This document shows, in pieces, positions 10,690 to 19,093 of a stretch of DNA of 64,000 bases. Each line of letters starts with the position of its first letter. Positions within the stretch are counted from its first letter, which is position 1. The translations under genes were made by a program, and so were the position numbers. The notes beneath the pieces are model-generated. The model did not search any database. It was not told the DNA's origin and saw nothing but the letters and a program-made list of their open reading frames with translations. Origin of the DNA: a virus (Duplodnaviria > Caudoviricetes); IMG/VR virus record IMGVR_UViG_3300033072_000326, positions 1 to 64,000 of that record; one strand, given 5' to 3'.

Positions 10690-10717
10690 TTTACTTTTTA
10701 AGAAAATGTGGTATAAT
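10690..10717 (+). promoter_or_regulatory. sigma70-type extended -10 promoter, start of right arm
   Basis: TTTACT-16 nt-TATAAT with TG extension. Confidence 0.7.
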
Positions 10718-10764
10718 AGAGGGTATGTTCTGTAAACATATATGCATAACACAAGGACAACATT

Positions 10765-11316
10765 ATGCCTATGTCTGACACACCTGTCTTCTGCCATTTG
10801 CTTGTAGATATGCAAAGCAAGGTGGAACGAACAACAGAATCCATTCTCAAACAAAACGGCTGGAAATTCCTACAAGATGGACGCTACACAGAAGCTTCAC
10901 CTCTTGTCATTTCTTCTGGTTCTAAAACAAAAATTACATTCGATCTGTCACAGCTTGCCTACCAAGATGGAAGCCTTCTTGACGTAGAATACAACCAAGC
11001 AACAAACAGATTTATGCCAACACAGCTGCGTGCTGCCTATTTACTTAATTTCCGATTGAAGGCAAAACCTTCCGCACAAAACGGCACTGCTGATGCAACA
11101 TTGGAAGTGCCTGCGGCAGCATTCAACCCTGTGCTTGCTGGTACGTTGTCTTTCAACAAAGCAGCCAACCAACAACACTTCTTCTCTCTGACAGACCCTG
11201 TGTTTGTCTCTCAAGACATGTTAACTAATGGGTTTGAAATTTATATCTCCACTCTTGGCACTAACTTGTCTGTTTACGATTATTCTCTCTTTATTCAGAA
11301 AACATTCATTCCCTAA
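10765..11316 (+). CDS. Hypothetical, possibly virion-associated beta-rich protein
   Basis: 183-aa ORF with AAGGA SD; beta-strand-rich composition; function not recognised. Confidence 0.6.
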   Translation: MPMSDTPVFCHLLVDMQSKVERTTESILKQNGWKFLQDGRYTEASPLVISSGSKTKITFDLSQLAYQDGSLLDVEYNQATNRFMPTQLRAAYLLNFRLKAKPSAQNGTADATLEVPAAAFNPVLAGTLSFNKAANQQHFFSLTDPVFVSQDMLTNGFEIYISTLGTNLSVYDYSLFIQKTFIP

Positions 11317-11322
11317 CACCTA

Positions 11323-11350
11323 TTGACATTTATAATTTCTGTGCTATAAT
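11323..11350 (+). promoter_or_regulatory. sigma70-type promoter
   Basis: TTGACA-16 nt-TATAAT with TG extension. Confidence 0.8.
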
Positions 11351-11379
11351 TTCTATAAGGAATTTAATAGGAATTTAAA

Positions 11380-11850
11380 ATGTCGTATGTAGACGAAGAA
11401 AACGAAGAAGACGCTGGCCTTCCGTCCTCCCCCTCTCAAAAACAATCCCTCTCTTTCATTCAAACACACAAACTCTCCCCTCTACAGAAACGTCTAAAAC
11501 GTATCAGTACAAAAGCTGTTGATGCATTGGAAGCCATTCTTGATGACAAAGAAAGCTCTCCAAAAGAGAAAATGGATGCTTCTGATAAGCTGCTTAAAAT
11601 GTACATTGATGTGACGAAAGAGTTGAACAATGACAGCTTGAAACGTACATTGCTACAGATTAAAGTAGATGGTGGGTTGGTGAATAAAGAGAAAGAAATT
11701 GAAGATGATGGAAGTCCCAGTGTAATGTTCATGCCTGATGTTATTGTTGATAGTGATAATGTTGCTAAAGGTGGCAGAAAAGCTATTACAACACTTGACG
11801 GTGGTGATGTAGAATTGGATTTGTCTAAGGCAGACTTATCTAACATTTAA
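11380..11850 (+). CDS. Hypothetical protein, possible terminase small subunit
   Basis: Helical core (KAVDALEAILDD...EKMDASDKLLK) and position upstream of terL; assignment is inference. Confidence 0.35.
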   Translation: MSYVDEENEEDAGLPSSPSQKQSLSFIQTHKLSPLQKRLKRISTKAVDALEAILDDKESSPKEKMDASDKLLKMYIDVTKELNNDSLKRTLLQIKVDGGLVNKEKEIEDDGSPSVMFMPDVIVDSDNVAKGGRKAITTLDGGDVELDLSKADLSNI

Positions 11851-11867
11851 ATACAAAGGAAAAATAA

Positions 11868-13334
11868 ATGTCTCAAACAGTGTGGCCGTTGAATGAAAAC
11901 GGTGAGATAGTTGTAACGGCAGGGACAGGTAGTAGCAATGTCACAGGTTATTTGAGTCAAGATGTACTCCCGTCTGCGGGAGACGGAATACCTTTTGCAA
12001 ACGTACTAACCTCCGACAAGTTTGCAAGTCAATGGAATGGTTTTGGTGGGAACGCAAATGGTGTAACAACTGTTTTTATCGGGGATTCCATTACAGCTAA
12101 CGGTTGGTTGTCCAACCTTGCAAGAGACACATCTTCACCTACAGGTATATTCTACTACGATGATGGTAGTGCATCTGGTGTTCGTTTTGCCCGTACAGAA
12201 GATTATGGGTTTTCCGCGTGGTGCCATTTCTTTTCTAATGGCGGTGTAGGGGAGTTTGTAAACTCTGGTATTGGTGGTAACACAACAACACAAATTCTTG
12301 CACGAGTAGATTCCGATGTTTTAGCGTACAACCCATTACTTATTGTTGATGAGTGCGGTACAAATGATGTTATTGCTGGCGCATCCTCAGCCGACATTAT
12401 TGCACGTAAAACAGCATTGATTGAGAAATACAGATCAATAGGTGCAAAAATCGTACTTGTTGATATTGCTCCTCGTTCTGGTTTTGACACGGCAATGAAA
12501 GCTGTCGCTGTTGCTGTCAACAAATGGATGTATTCACTACCTAGAAAAAATCGTGACATAACTGTTTTCTCCATGTCTTCTATCTTGGCAGATCATACAA
12601 GTTCGTCTGGTGCTGTTAGTACGACAAAAACATTTGATAGCACTCACCCAAATAACGTCGGTGCTGTTATGATTGGCAAGCAACTGGCCGCCCATATTGA
12701 TAAGTTTGTTTTTGCACAGTTTAACGAAACCATCTGGACGGCAGACGCCTTTGGTACAGACAGTGCAAATGCTACCATTCGTAACAGTAACCCAGCTATG
12801 TACTATAGTACAGGCGGAACAGCAAACACAGGTGTAAGTGGTAGTGTGGCTAATGGGTTCACATGCTCTCGTCTTGCAGGTACACCAACTGTTGTTGCAA
12901 GTGTGGCGGAACGACCTGACGGAAGAGGCTACACACAGAGGTTGGTGATTACATTCGGTGCTGCTGGAGATGCTGTTGAGTTCGGTATTCCGACAGGATC
13001 TTCGCGTTACCTTGCCGACGGTAGAAAAATATCAACATCATGTAATATCGACCTTGTTACTGGTAGTAATGATGTAGTCAACCGTCTTATTTTGTACACC
13101 AGTGCTGTTGTGTCTGGAGTCACTTATACGGCTACAGCAATGAATCAGCAGGATAGTACAGGCAGGGGCAACCTTCCAACTTCTTTGGGCATAAAAGGTA
13201 ATCTGTTAACACCTAAAATTCAAGTGCCAGCAGGTAGTGCAAGCGGGTTCAGTACACAGCTTCGTATTTATGCTAGCGCAGCTGGGACAGTGACTATTGA
13301 TCTATCTGAATATAAATTGATGCAGCATTTGTAA
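11868..13334 (+). CDS. SGNH/GDSL-hydrolase tailspike-like protein
   Basis: Blocks GDSIT (Ser), NSGIGG, GTND and DSTHP (Asp/His), plus a G/T/S/A-rich C-terminal beta-sandwich-like region. Confidence 0.8.
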   Translation: MSQTVWPLNENGEIVVTAGTGSSNVTGYLSQDVLPSAGDGIPFANVLTSDKFASQWNGFGGNANGVTTVFIGDSITANGWLSNLARDTSSPTGIFYYDDGSASGVRFARTEDYGFSAWCHFFSNGGVGEFVNSGIGGNTTTQILARVDSDVLAYNPLLIVDECGTNDVIAGASSADIIARKTALIEKYRSIGAKIVLVDIAPRSGFDTAMKAVAVAVNKWMYSLPRKNRDITVFSMSSILADHTSSSGAVSTTKTFDSTHPNNVGAVMIGKQLAAHIDKFVFAQFNETIWTADAFGTDSANATIRNSNPAMYYSTGGTANTGVSGSVANGFTCSRLAGTPTVVASVAERPDGRGYTQRLVITFGAAGDAVEFGIPTGSSRYLADGRKISTSCNIDLVTGSNDVVNRLILYTSAVVSGVTYTATAMNQQDSTGRGNLPTSLGIKGNLLTPKIQVPAGSASGFSTQLRIYASAAGTVTIDLSEYKLMQHL

Positions 13335-13338
13335 ACTC

Positions 13339-13366
13339 TTGACAAACTGAAATTCTGTGATACAAT
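13339..13366 (+). promoter_or_regulatory. sigma70-type promoter for the ncRNA/tRNA transcript
   Basis: TTGACA-16 nt-TACAAT with TG extension. Confidence 0.8.
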
Positions 13367-13374
13367 AGATTTAT

Positions 13375-13810
13375 GTAGAGAGGGAGAGACCACAACGCTG
13401 TCTGAAGCCATCGTTGTTTTCGATTTGCCTTCTTCTCTACTCATCACTTTGGATTGGGGGTTCTCGGTTGGGTGGTGGTATTGACCTTTGAGTCCTTTTA
13501 ACACGGTGAATGGCTCTGCGTGGCGACTGTACACGATATTCCAAACACCAACAGCACACATGCTGGCAGGACGCTGCAAAAATGTGAACGTGTGCTCTGA
13601 GATTCGTGAGGTGGAGGTGCTGGACATGATGTACGTTACCCAGAGCTACCTTCCTCTCGGAGACAAACGAAACGTGTTAGGTTGGGACTACCGAGTAGCT
13701 GCGCCAACAGTGAAAACGTAGTTGCACGAGTATGGCTTGAGTCTGAAAGTAACGGAAACAACTTAACATTCTTCTCCAAGCCCATCAGAAATGGTGGGTT
13801 TCAGGAAGAA
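13375..13810 (+). ncRNA. Candidate large structured non-coding RNA
   Basis: No credible ORF with an SD. Many nested helices, e.g. 13463-68/13690-95, 13491-13505/13673-89, 13508-16/13599-605, 13553-59/13590-96 and 13608-23/13640-56. Confidence 0.6.
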
Positions 13811-13817
13811 ACAATAA

Positions 13818-13893
13818 TCCGGTATAGCTCAGTTGGTAGAGCAGCTGATTTGTAATCAGAAGGTCGTGGGTTCAAGTCCTGTTACCGGAACCA
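13818..13893 (+). tRNA. tRNA-Thr(UGU)
   Basis: 76-nt cloverleaf, acceptor TCCGGTA/TACCGGA, anticodon loop TTTGTAA, T-loop TTCAAGT, encoded CCA. Confidence 0.95.
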
Positions 13894-13900
13894 GAACAAT

Positions 13901-13974
13901 AGCGGGTTCACAAGGTGTGACGCCAGTCTCATAAGCTGGTTTGGGAGAGGGTTCAATTCCCTCGCCCGCTACCA
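13901..13974 (+). tRNA. tRNA with CAU anticodon (Met or lysidine-Ile), short D-arm
   Basis: Acceptor AGCGGGT/GCCCGCT, anticodon loop CTCATAA, T-arm GAGGG-TTCAATT-CCCTC, encoded CCA. Confidence 0.85.
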
Positions 13975-13997
13975 AACAAAATACGGAGAACATAACA

Positions 13998-14249
13998 ATG
14001 AAACTGCTTAAAGTCGGTGGAGAATGGTGCTCTAGTTGTAAGGTACAAGAAGCCTTGCTGAAGCATCTGAATGTACTTGATAAATTTGAATACATCGACA
14101 TTGATGTAGATATGGAAACACCACTGAAATACGGTGTACGTTCCATTCCACAATTGCTTGCTGTTGACGAGAACGATAATGTAATTGCTTCGCTAGCTGG
14201 TGGTGCAACAAAAGAACAGATTCTCAATATGGTGGGTAAGTATGGCTGA
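13998..14249 (+). CDS. Thioredoxin
   Basis: WCSSC active site and YGVRSIP motif; ATG 13998 after GGAG. Confidence 0.9.
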   Translation: MKLLKVGGEWCSSCKVQEALLKHLNVLDKFEYIDIDVDMETPLKYGVRSIPQLLAVDENDNVIASLAGGATKEQILNMVGKYG

Positions 14250-14376
14250 TTTGATTAAATATCGTGTTGGCGCTACAATTATTCTGCTCTTCCTTTATGT
14301 GCTGATTTTCATCTTCCTTGTAGGAAGCATTCCTTTCTCTTTGTATTACACACTGTTTGAAGCAAAGCCAAAATAG
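14242..14376 (+). CDS. Small membrane protein (44 aa)
   Basis: Manual translation MADLIKYRVGATIILLFLYVLIFIFLVGSIPFSLYYTLFEAKPK; start overlaps the thioredoxin stop. Confidence 0.55.
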   Translation: MADLIKYRVGATIILLFLYVLIFIFLVGSIPFSLYYTLFEAKPK

Positions 14377-14390
14377 TTTTAGAATAAAAC

Positions 14391-14497
14391 AACTCCTCTC
14401 TCCTCTCAGACGTGTTCTCTCCTCCGTTGCCTCTCCTCAACGTGACACGTCTTTTCGCCCTCTGTCCTTCTCTCCGAGGGCAGGGGGCTTCTTTTCG
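14391..14497 (+). ncRNA. Candidate sRNA with four anti-SD CUCUCC(U) motifs
   Basis: Promoter TTGAAG(14357)-17 nt-TAGAAT(14380). Stems 14408-15/14445-52 and 14425-29/14438-42. 11-bp terminator stem 14457-67/14478-88 followed by a U-rich tail. Confidence 0.7.
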
Positions 14498-14518
14498 TTA
14501 TATTAACATGGAACATTT

Positions 14519-15065
14519 ATGAATAAAAAACAATTACGTCTTGTACGACAAGATGGCCTAACATCTCTACGTATTGTCCTCGTAGACAGTGAAGAGAATG
14601 TTGTACACATTGGTGATGAGCCATTCCAATTTACAGCTCCAGACATTGAAAAGCTAATGACATTGCATTCAGAAGCAGCTTTATGTTTTTCAAAGCCAAT
14701 TCTTACAATGCCAACAAAGCGTGGCACAAAAGGGAAGAGTTTGGAATGGACATGGCCTGAACAAGAAGAGGAAGAATATGAGTAATACATTCTTTGTCTC
14801 TGAAAGCTATGAGCAAGCGTATTATAGATATGTAGATGAAAGCAAGAAACATTTTGGTGCTAGAGGGTATATAGCTAATGCTTCTTCGCTGACATTCTCT
14901 GTGAATGAAGATAGGTATGTTTGTATTGACATGCAAGGGTTTATTAGTAGGCTACGAGCTGGTGAGATTGGTAAGGGTAGTTTGGTGGTGTTGACATTTA
15001 AGCCTGATGATGTTATAATGGCCTCTCTTAAGGAGTATAAGATTAATTTGATTGAGAGAGGATAG
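14519..15065 (+). CDS. Two hypothetical proteins (14519-14785, 14778-15065)
   Basis: Overlapping ORFs with SD-like motifs. Confidence 0.6.
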
Positions 15066-15067
15066 AT

Positions 15068-15820
15068 ATGCCAAAAGCTTTAGACATCACTGGTGAGAAG
15101 TACGGTCGCCTTACGGCAATAGAGCTGAGTCATAGAAAGAACTACATGACTTATTGGAAGTTCATATGCGACTGCGGTAAGGAATGTGTTGTGGCACTTG
15201 GTAAGGCACGAAGTGGTCATACACGCTCTTGTGGTTGCTTGATGCGCGAAACGACTATTAAGCGTAGTACAAAACACAACATGGCTGGTACACCTGAGTA
15301 TGAGGCTTGGATTGACGCCAAGAAGCGTGTAGGCAATAAAAGTAAACGCTATAAGTATGCAGAGCATGGCATCGACATGCAAGAAAGCTGGAAGAAAGAC
15401 TTCATGGCTTTCTATGAATATGTCGGGCCGAAGCCAAGTCCAAAGCATTCTCTAGGACGTATAGACAACTTCAAAGGTTATGAAGAGGGCAACGTCCGTT
15501 GGGAAACCGATGAACAACAAGCTCGCAATCACAGTAAGCAAGTGAACAACAAATCTGGTGTTGTAGGCGTTCACTTCTACGTACCAAAAGGTAATAAAGT
15601 TGGTGTATGGGTGGCTAAGGCTGTGGTTGGTGGTAAAGCGTGTGTAAAGCGGTTCTCTGTCAAACAACTAGGGGATGAGCTTGCGTTTTTCTTGGCCTGT
15701 GAACAACGAGATCAATGGATGTTAATTAACGAAATGTGCTTCGGAGTACGGTTTGCAGAAACACATGGATTGAGTAAAGAAGAATATGACAAAACAAAAG
15801 ATGGTGTTTGCACCATGTAG
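15068..15820 (+). CDS. Free-standing HNH homing endonuclease with AP2-like C-terminus
   Basis: ITGEKYGRLTAI, CDCG, SCGC, SLGRIDNFKGYEEGNVRWET, SGVVGV; overlaps the terL start. Confidence 0.85.
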   Translation: MPKALDITGEKYGRLTAIELSHRKNYMTYWKFICDCGKECVVALGKARSGHTRSCGCLMRETTIKRSTKHNMAGTPEYEAWIDAKKRVGNKSKRYKYAEHGIDMQESWKKDFMAFYEYVGPKPSPKHSLGRIDNFKGYEEGNVRWETDEQQARNHSKQVNNKSGVVGVHFYVPKGNKVGVWVAKAVVGGKACVKRFSVKQLGDELAFFLACEQRDQWMLINEMCFGVRFAETHGLSKEEYDKTKDGVCTM

Positions 15821-15981
15821 TGAAAAACAAAAACTAATCCTACAAGAGGCAGGCGTAAACTGCCTTTTGATAGGTGGCGGGGCCGGCAGCGGGAAGACCC
15901 GCATGTGTCTTACCAAATTTCTATCTGAAATCAACAATCCACACGCGAAAATCGTTATCTTTCGGAGAACGATTCCTGAGT
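15786..15981 (+). CDS. terL: Terminase large subunit, exon 1
   Basis: Walker A GGAGSGKT, IFRRTIPE; splices in frame to exon 2 as PE-L-KIAGGIVDES. Confidence 0.9.
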
Positions 15982-16236
15982 TAAACGGCTCCTTCTAGTA
16001 GTGATGCTAGTCGATAACTTCTCTAAGTCGGTGAACCTCTCCTAGTGAGACAATACCGAGCAAGGAATATACAATGTATTCCGTGTGTGACGGTCAGCCG
16101 AAAGGCGTAGTTGCAAGCGCAGCGAAACGAGAAGCCCTTGCATTCGTGCAAGGTGAAGATATGACCTGAACTCTATGGTGACATAGAGCAGCTTAATAAG
16201 CGGGAAGAGGCGTAGCGCCCTCTTCTGAACATATTG
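15982..16236 (+). mobile_element. ORF-less group I intron in terL (255 nt)
   Basis: Exon ends in U, intron ends in G. P1 GAGU/GCUC; P AAGTCGGTGAA, Q AATACCGAGC; P7 ACGGTCA/TGACCT; S AAGATATGACC. Confidence 0.9.
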
Positions 16237-17477
16237 TGAAAATCGCCGGTGGTATTGTCGATGAATCGCATAAAATCTACCCTCATTTTGGTGGCAGGTA
16301 TGGTAAACAGGAGATGAAGTGGACGTTCCCTAGCGGAGCGTTCATTCAATTCCGTGGCTTTCCAGATGACTATCAAACACTGCAATCCATGCAGGCAACG
16401 CACGTGCTTATAGATGAGGCTGCCACGAATTGGCAGGAGCATGAAGTGTTGTTCCTTTTCTCTCGTATGCGTTCTGGTGAATACAAGGGTAAGCAAATGC
16501 TTATCATGTCTTGTAACCCTGAGTATAGTTCATTTCTACGGCATTGGGTAGAGTTTTCTCTAGATCAAGACGGTGTTCCTCACAAAGGTACAGAACATAA
16601 AGTTCGTTACTTCGTCAACCTTAGCGGTAAGATGTTTTGGGCTGATAGCGAAGAAGAGCTTTATGAAATGTGTGGTAAAGGGTTGGAACGTGGTAAGGAT
16701 TTTGTTCCTAAATCTTTCAAGTTCATTCCTGCAACAATTGAAGATAACCCGATTCTAATTAAGAACAACCCAGAATACTATGCATCCCTTCTTGCCCAGC
16801 CACGCGTAAACCAACTTCGATATTTAAAAGGCAGCTGGATAGCCCGTGAAGATAGTGGTAGTTTCTTCAAACGAAGCATGATTAACTTTGTAGATTTGCC
16901 ACCAACTGACCCAGACTTGAAGATTGTACGTGCATGGGATTTGGCTTACACTGTTCCAACAGAGACAAACAAAGACCCAGATTATTCTTGTGGGGTAAAA
17001 CTTGCTAGAGACAGACACGGACGTTACTATGTAATGGACGTTGTGTGGGAACGTATGCTGCATGGGGATATTATCAACCTCATTGCAAAGATTGCCTACG
17101 AGGATGGTATTGATGATTGTAAGGTAGTTTTGCCGCGAGATGGAGGCGCTGGGGCCTTCGTACACGGGCATATGAAGCGTGAACTTGGTGAGATGGGTAT
17201 CTACACTTACTCAGATGTTATGTCTGGGCATAGAAGTAAAGTGCAACGGTTCCTGCCTTTCTGCGCAGTAGTAGACAGTGGTGTTGTCAATTTGGTTAAA
17301 GGTAGCTGGAATGAACGATTCCTCACTGAATTGGAGTATTTCACAGGTGAACGTGGACGCCACGACGATGCCGTGGACGGGGTCGGTAGTGCCTTTAAGT
17401 TTCTAGCTAATGAACGATCTCTCCCACAATTCACCTTCGCAGATATGTCCCGTTCTTCTGGACTCCCCTCCCTGTAA
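16237..17477 (+). CDS. terL: Terminase large subunit, exon 2 (spliced protein 478 aa)
   Basis: Walker B VLIDEA, MSCNP, RAWDLA, HDDAVDG nuclease motifs. Confidence 0.92.
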
Positions 17478-17533
17478 ATAGAAGCACGTGTACGTTTATT
17501 AAAAATTATTTTTAATAAATGTGCTCATGCCTA

Positions 17534-17562
17534 TTGACAAACACATTCATCAATGCTATAAT
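17534..17562 (+). promoter_or_regulatory. sigma70 promoter upstream of portal
   Basis: TTGACA-17 nt-TATAAT. Confidence 0.85.
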
Positions 17563-17618
17563 ATTACTATTGATAAAAACAAAACACATTAATTCAGTGT
17601 TTAAGCACAGGAGAATAT

Positions 17619-19085
17619 ATGCCTGAAACAACGGCTTTGTCTCCCGACGAAGATAATGTGTCTCAACGAATTCGTTTCACAGAAATTGGCTATCTAGGTT
17701 TAAAAATCTCTGGCAATCAGGTGATTGAAGAACCTAGTCCTAAACTCAGATACCCTGAATTCTATCGCGTCGTAGATGAAATGTCAAAAGATTCTGTTAT
17801 TGCAACAGGATTGGCATTTATGCGAATGATGATTGGCAGGGCTATGTGGAAGGTGAGGATTGATAGCTCTTATTCTGACAAAGCCAAACAACGTGCTAAA
17901 TTCCTTCATCAGAATATGCACGACATGGAACATTCTTGGGACAGCTTTATTTCTGAAGCCACAAGTTTTATTCCTTACGGACATTCTATCCATGAGAAGA
18001 GTTTTCGTAAACGCCTAAAGCGTGCAGGGAGTAAGTATAACGATGGCTTGGTTGGGATTAAATCTCTTTTCCCTCGTTCTCAAAGCAGCATTAAAGATTG
18101 GAAGTTTGACGGAGAAGGGCGAAAGCTTTTGTCTATTGTTCAAACAACAGCTAATGCTTCTCCAAATATTGTTCGTGCTTTCAAGCAAGCTGAAGTGGAA
18201 ATTCCTCGTGAGAAATTCCTCCTCTTCACATGCGATGGGCGCTTGAACAACCCTCTAGGCAATAGTCCTCTCAAATCTGTCTACCTGACGTGGCAAACAC
18301 GTAAGGCTGTTGAAGAGCAAGAACTTGTCGGCCTTAGCCGCGATCTTGGTGGTATTCCTGTTCTGGAAGCCCCAGCTGCCATAATGAATGACAGTGCTTC
18401 CGATGCTCAAAAGGCGCAATACGAATACCTGAAAGGTGTTGCACGAAACCTTCACGCAAACCGACAAGCTGGTTTGGTGCTGCCTTCTGATGTTGATAGT
18501 GAAACAAAAAACAAATTCTACAACATCAAGCTGCTGACAGCCGAGGGTGGCAAAAACTACGATGTAAACAAAGTGATTGAGCGTTTGAACAATCAAATCC
18601 TCACAGCCTTGTTTGCAGATGTGCTTACGATGGGTCAAAGCTCTACAGGTAGTTTCTCTCTTGCAGATAGTAAAGTAAGTCTCACTGAGTTCGCTCTACG
18701 CTATCGTCTGCAAGAAATCAAAGATGTTCTCAACCATGACCTCATCCCTTCCTTGTGGGAGTTGAACAAATGGGATATGGATGAATTGCCAGTCTTTGAT
18801 TTTGAACTTCCTGATGCTACCAGCCTTGAAGAGTTTAGTAAAGCTGTTCAACGTATTGCTGCTACATCCTCCATTGAGAAAGATAGAGCCTTCTTCAACC
18901 TCACTCGTGTTCGTCTTGGCCTAGAGCCTTATCCAGAAGATAAAGAAGTTGATTGGGACAATGTTGTTGTCGATATGGCTTCTCGTTCTGGAGACGGAAT
19001 GAGTTCTGGTTTGAACAACGGCGTCGGCGGTAGTGACGGCAGTAGTGGTAATAGCTCGGATATGAATGCCGACAATAAAGCATAA
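17619..19085 (+). CDS. Portal protein (DUF935-like)
   Basis: Position after terL, 488 aa, NPLGNSPLKSVY, RDLGGIP, QILTALFA...GSFSLA motifs. Confidence 0.88.
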   Translation: MPETTALSPDEDNVSQRIRFTEIGYLGLKISGNQVIEEPSPKLRYPEFYRVVDEMSKDSVIATGLAFMRMMIGRAMWKVRIDSSYSDKAKQRAKFLHQNMHDMEHSWDSFISEATSFIPYGHSIHEKSFRKRLKRAGSKYNDGLVGIKSLFPRSQSSIKDWKFDGEGRKLLSIVQTTANASPNIVRAFKQAEVEIPREKFLLFTCDGRLNNPLGNSPLKSVYLTWQTRKAVEEQELVGLSRDLGGIPVLEAPAAIMNDSASDAQKAQYEYLKGVARNLHANRQAGLVLPSDVDSETKNKFYNIKLLTAEGGKNYDVNKVIERLNNQILTALFADVLTMGQSSTGSFSLADSKVSLTEFALRYRLQEIKDVLNHDLIPSLWELNKWDMDELPVFDFELPDATSLEEFSKAVQRIAATSSIEKDRAFFNLTRVRLGLEPYPEDKEVDWDNVVVDMASRSGDGMSSGLNNGVGGSDGSSGNSSDMNADNKA

Positions 19086-19093
19086 GGAAAATA

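Noticed and set aside
13488-13721. 77-aa ORF in the pre-tRNA region
   Set aside because: No SD, atypical composition, and it lies entirely within the extensively base-paired ncRNA candidate.
13375-13810. RNase P RNA, tmRNA or intron identity for the large ncRNA
   Set aside because: No GGAAAGUCC P4 motif, no tRNA-like ends or tag ORF, no group I P/Q/R/S set and no group II domain V.
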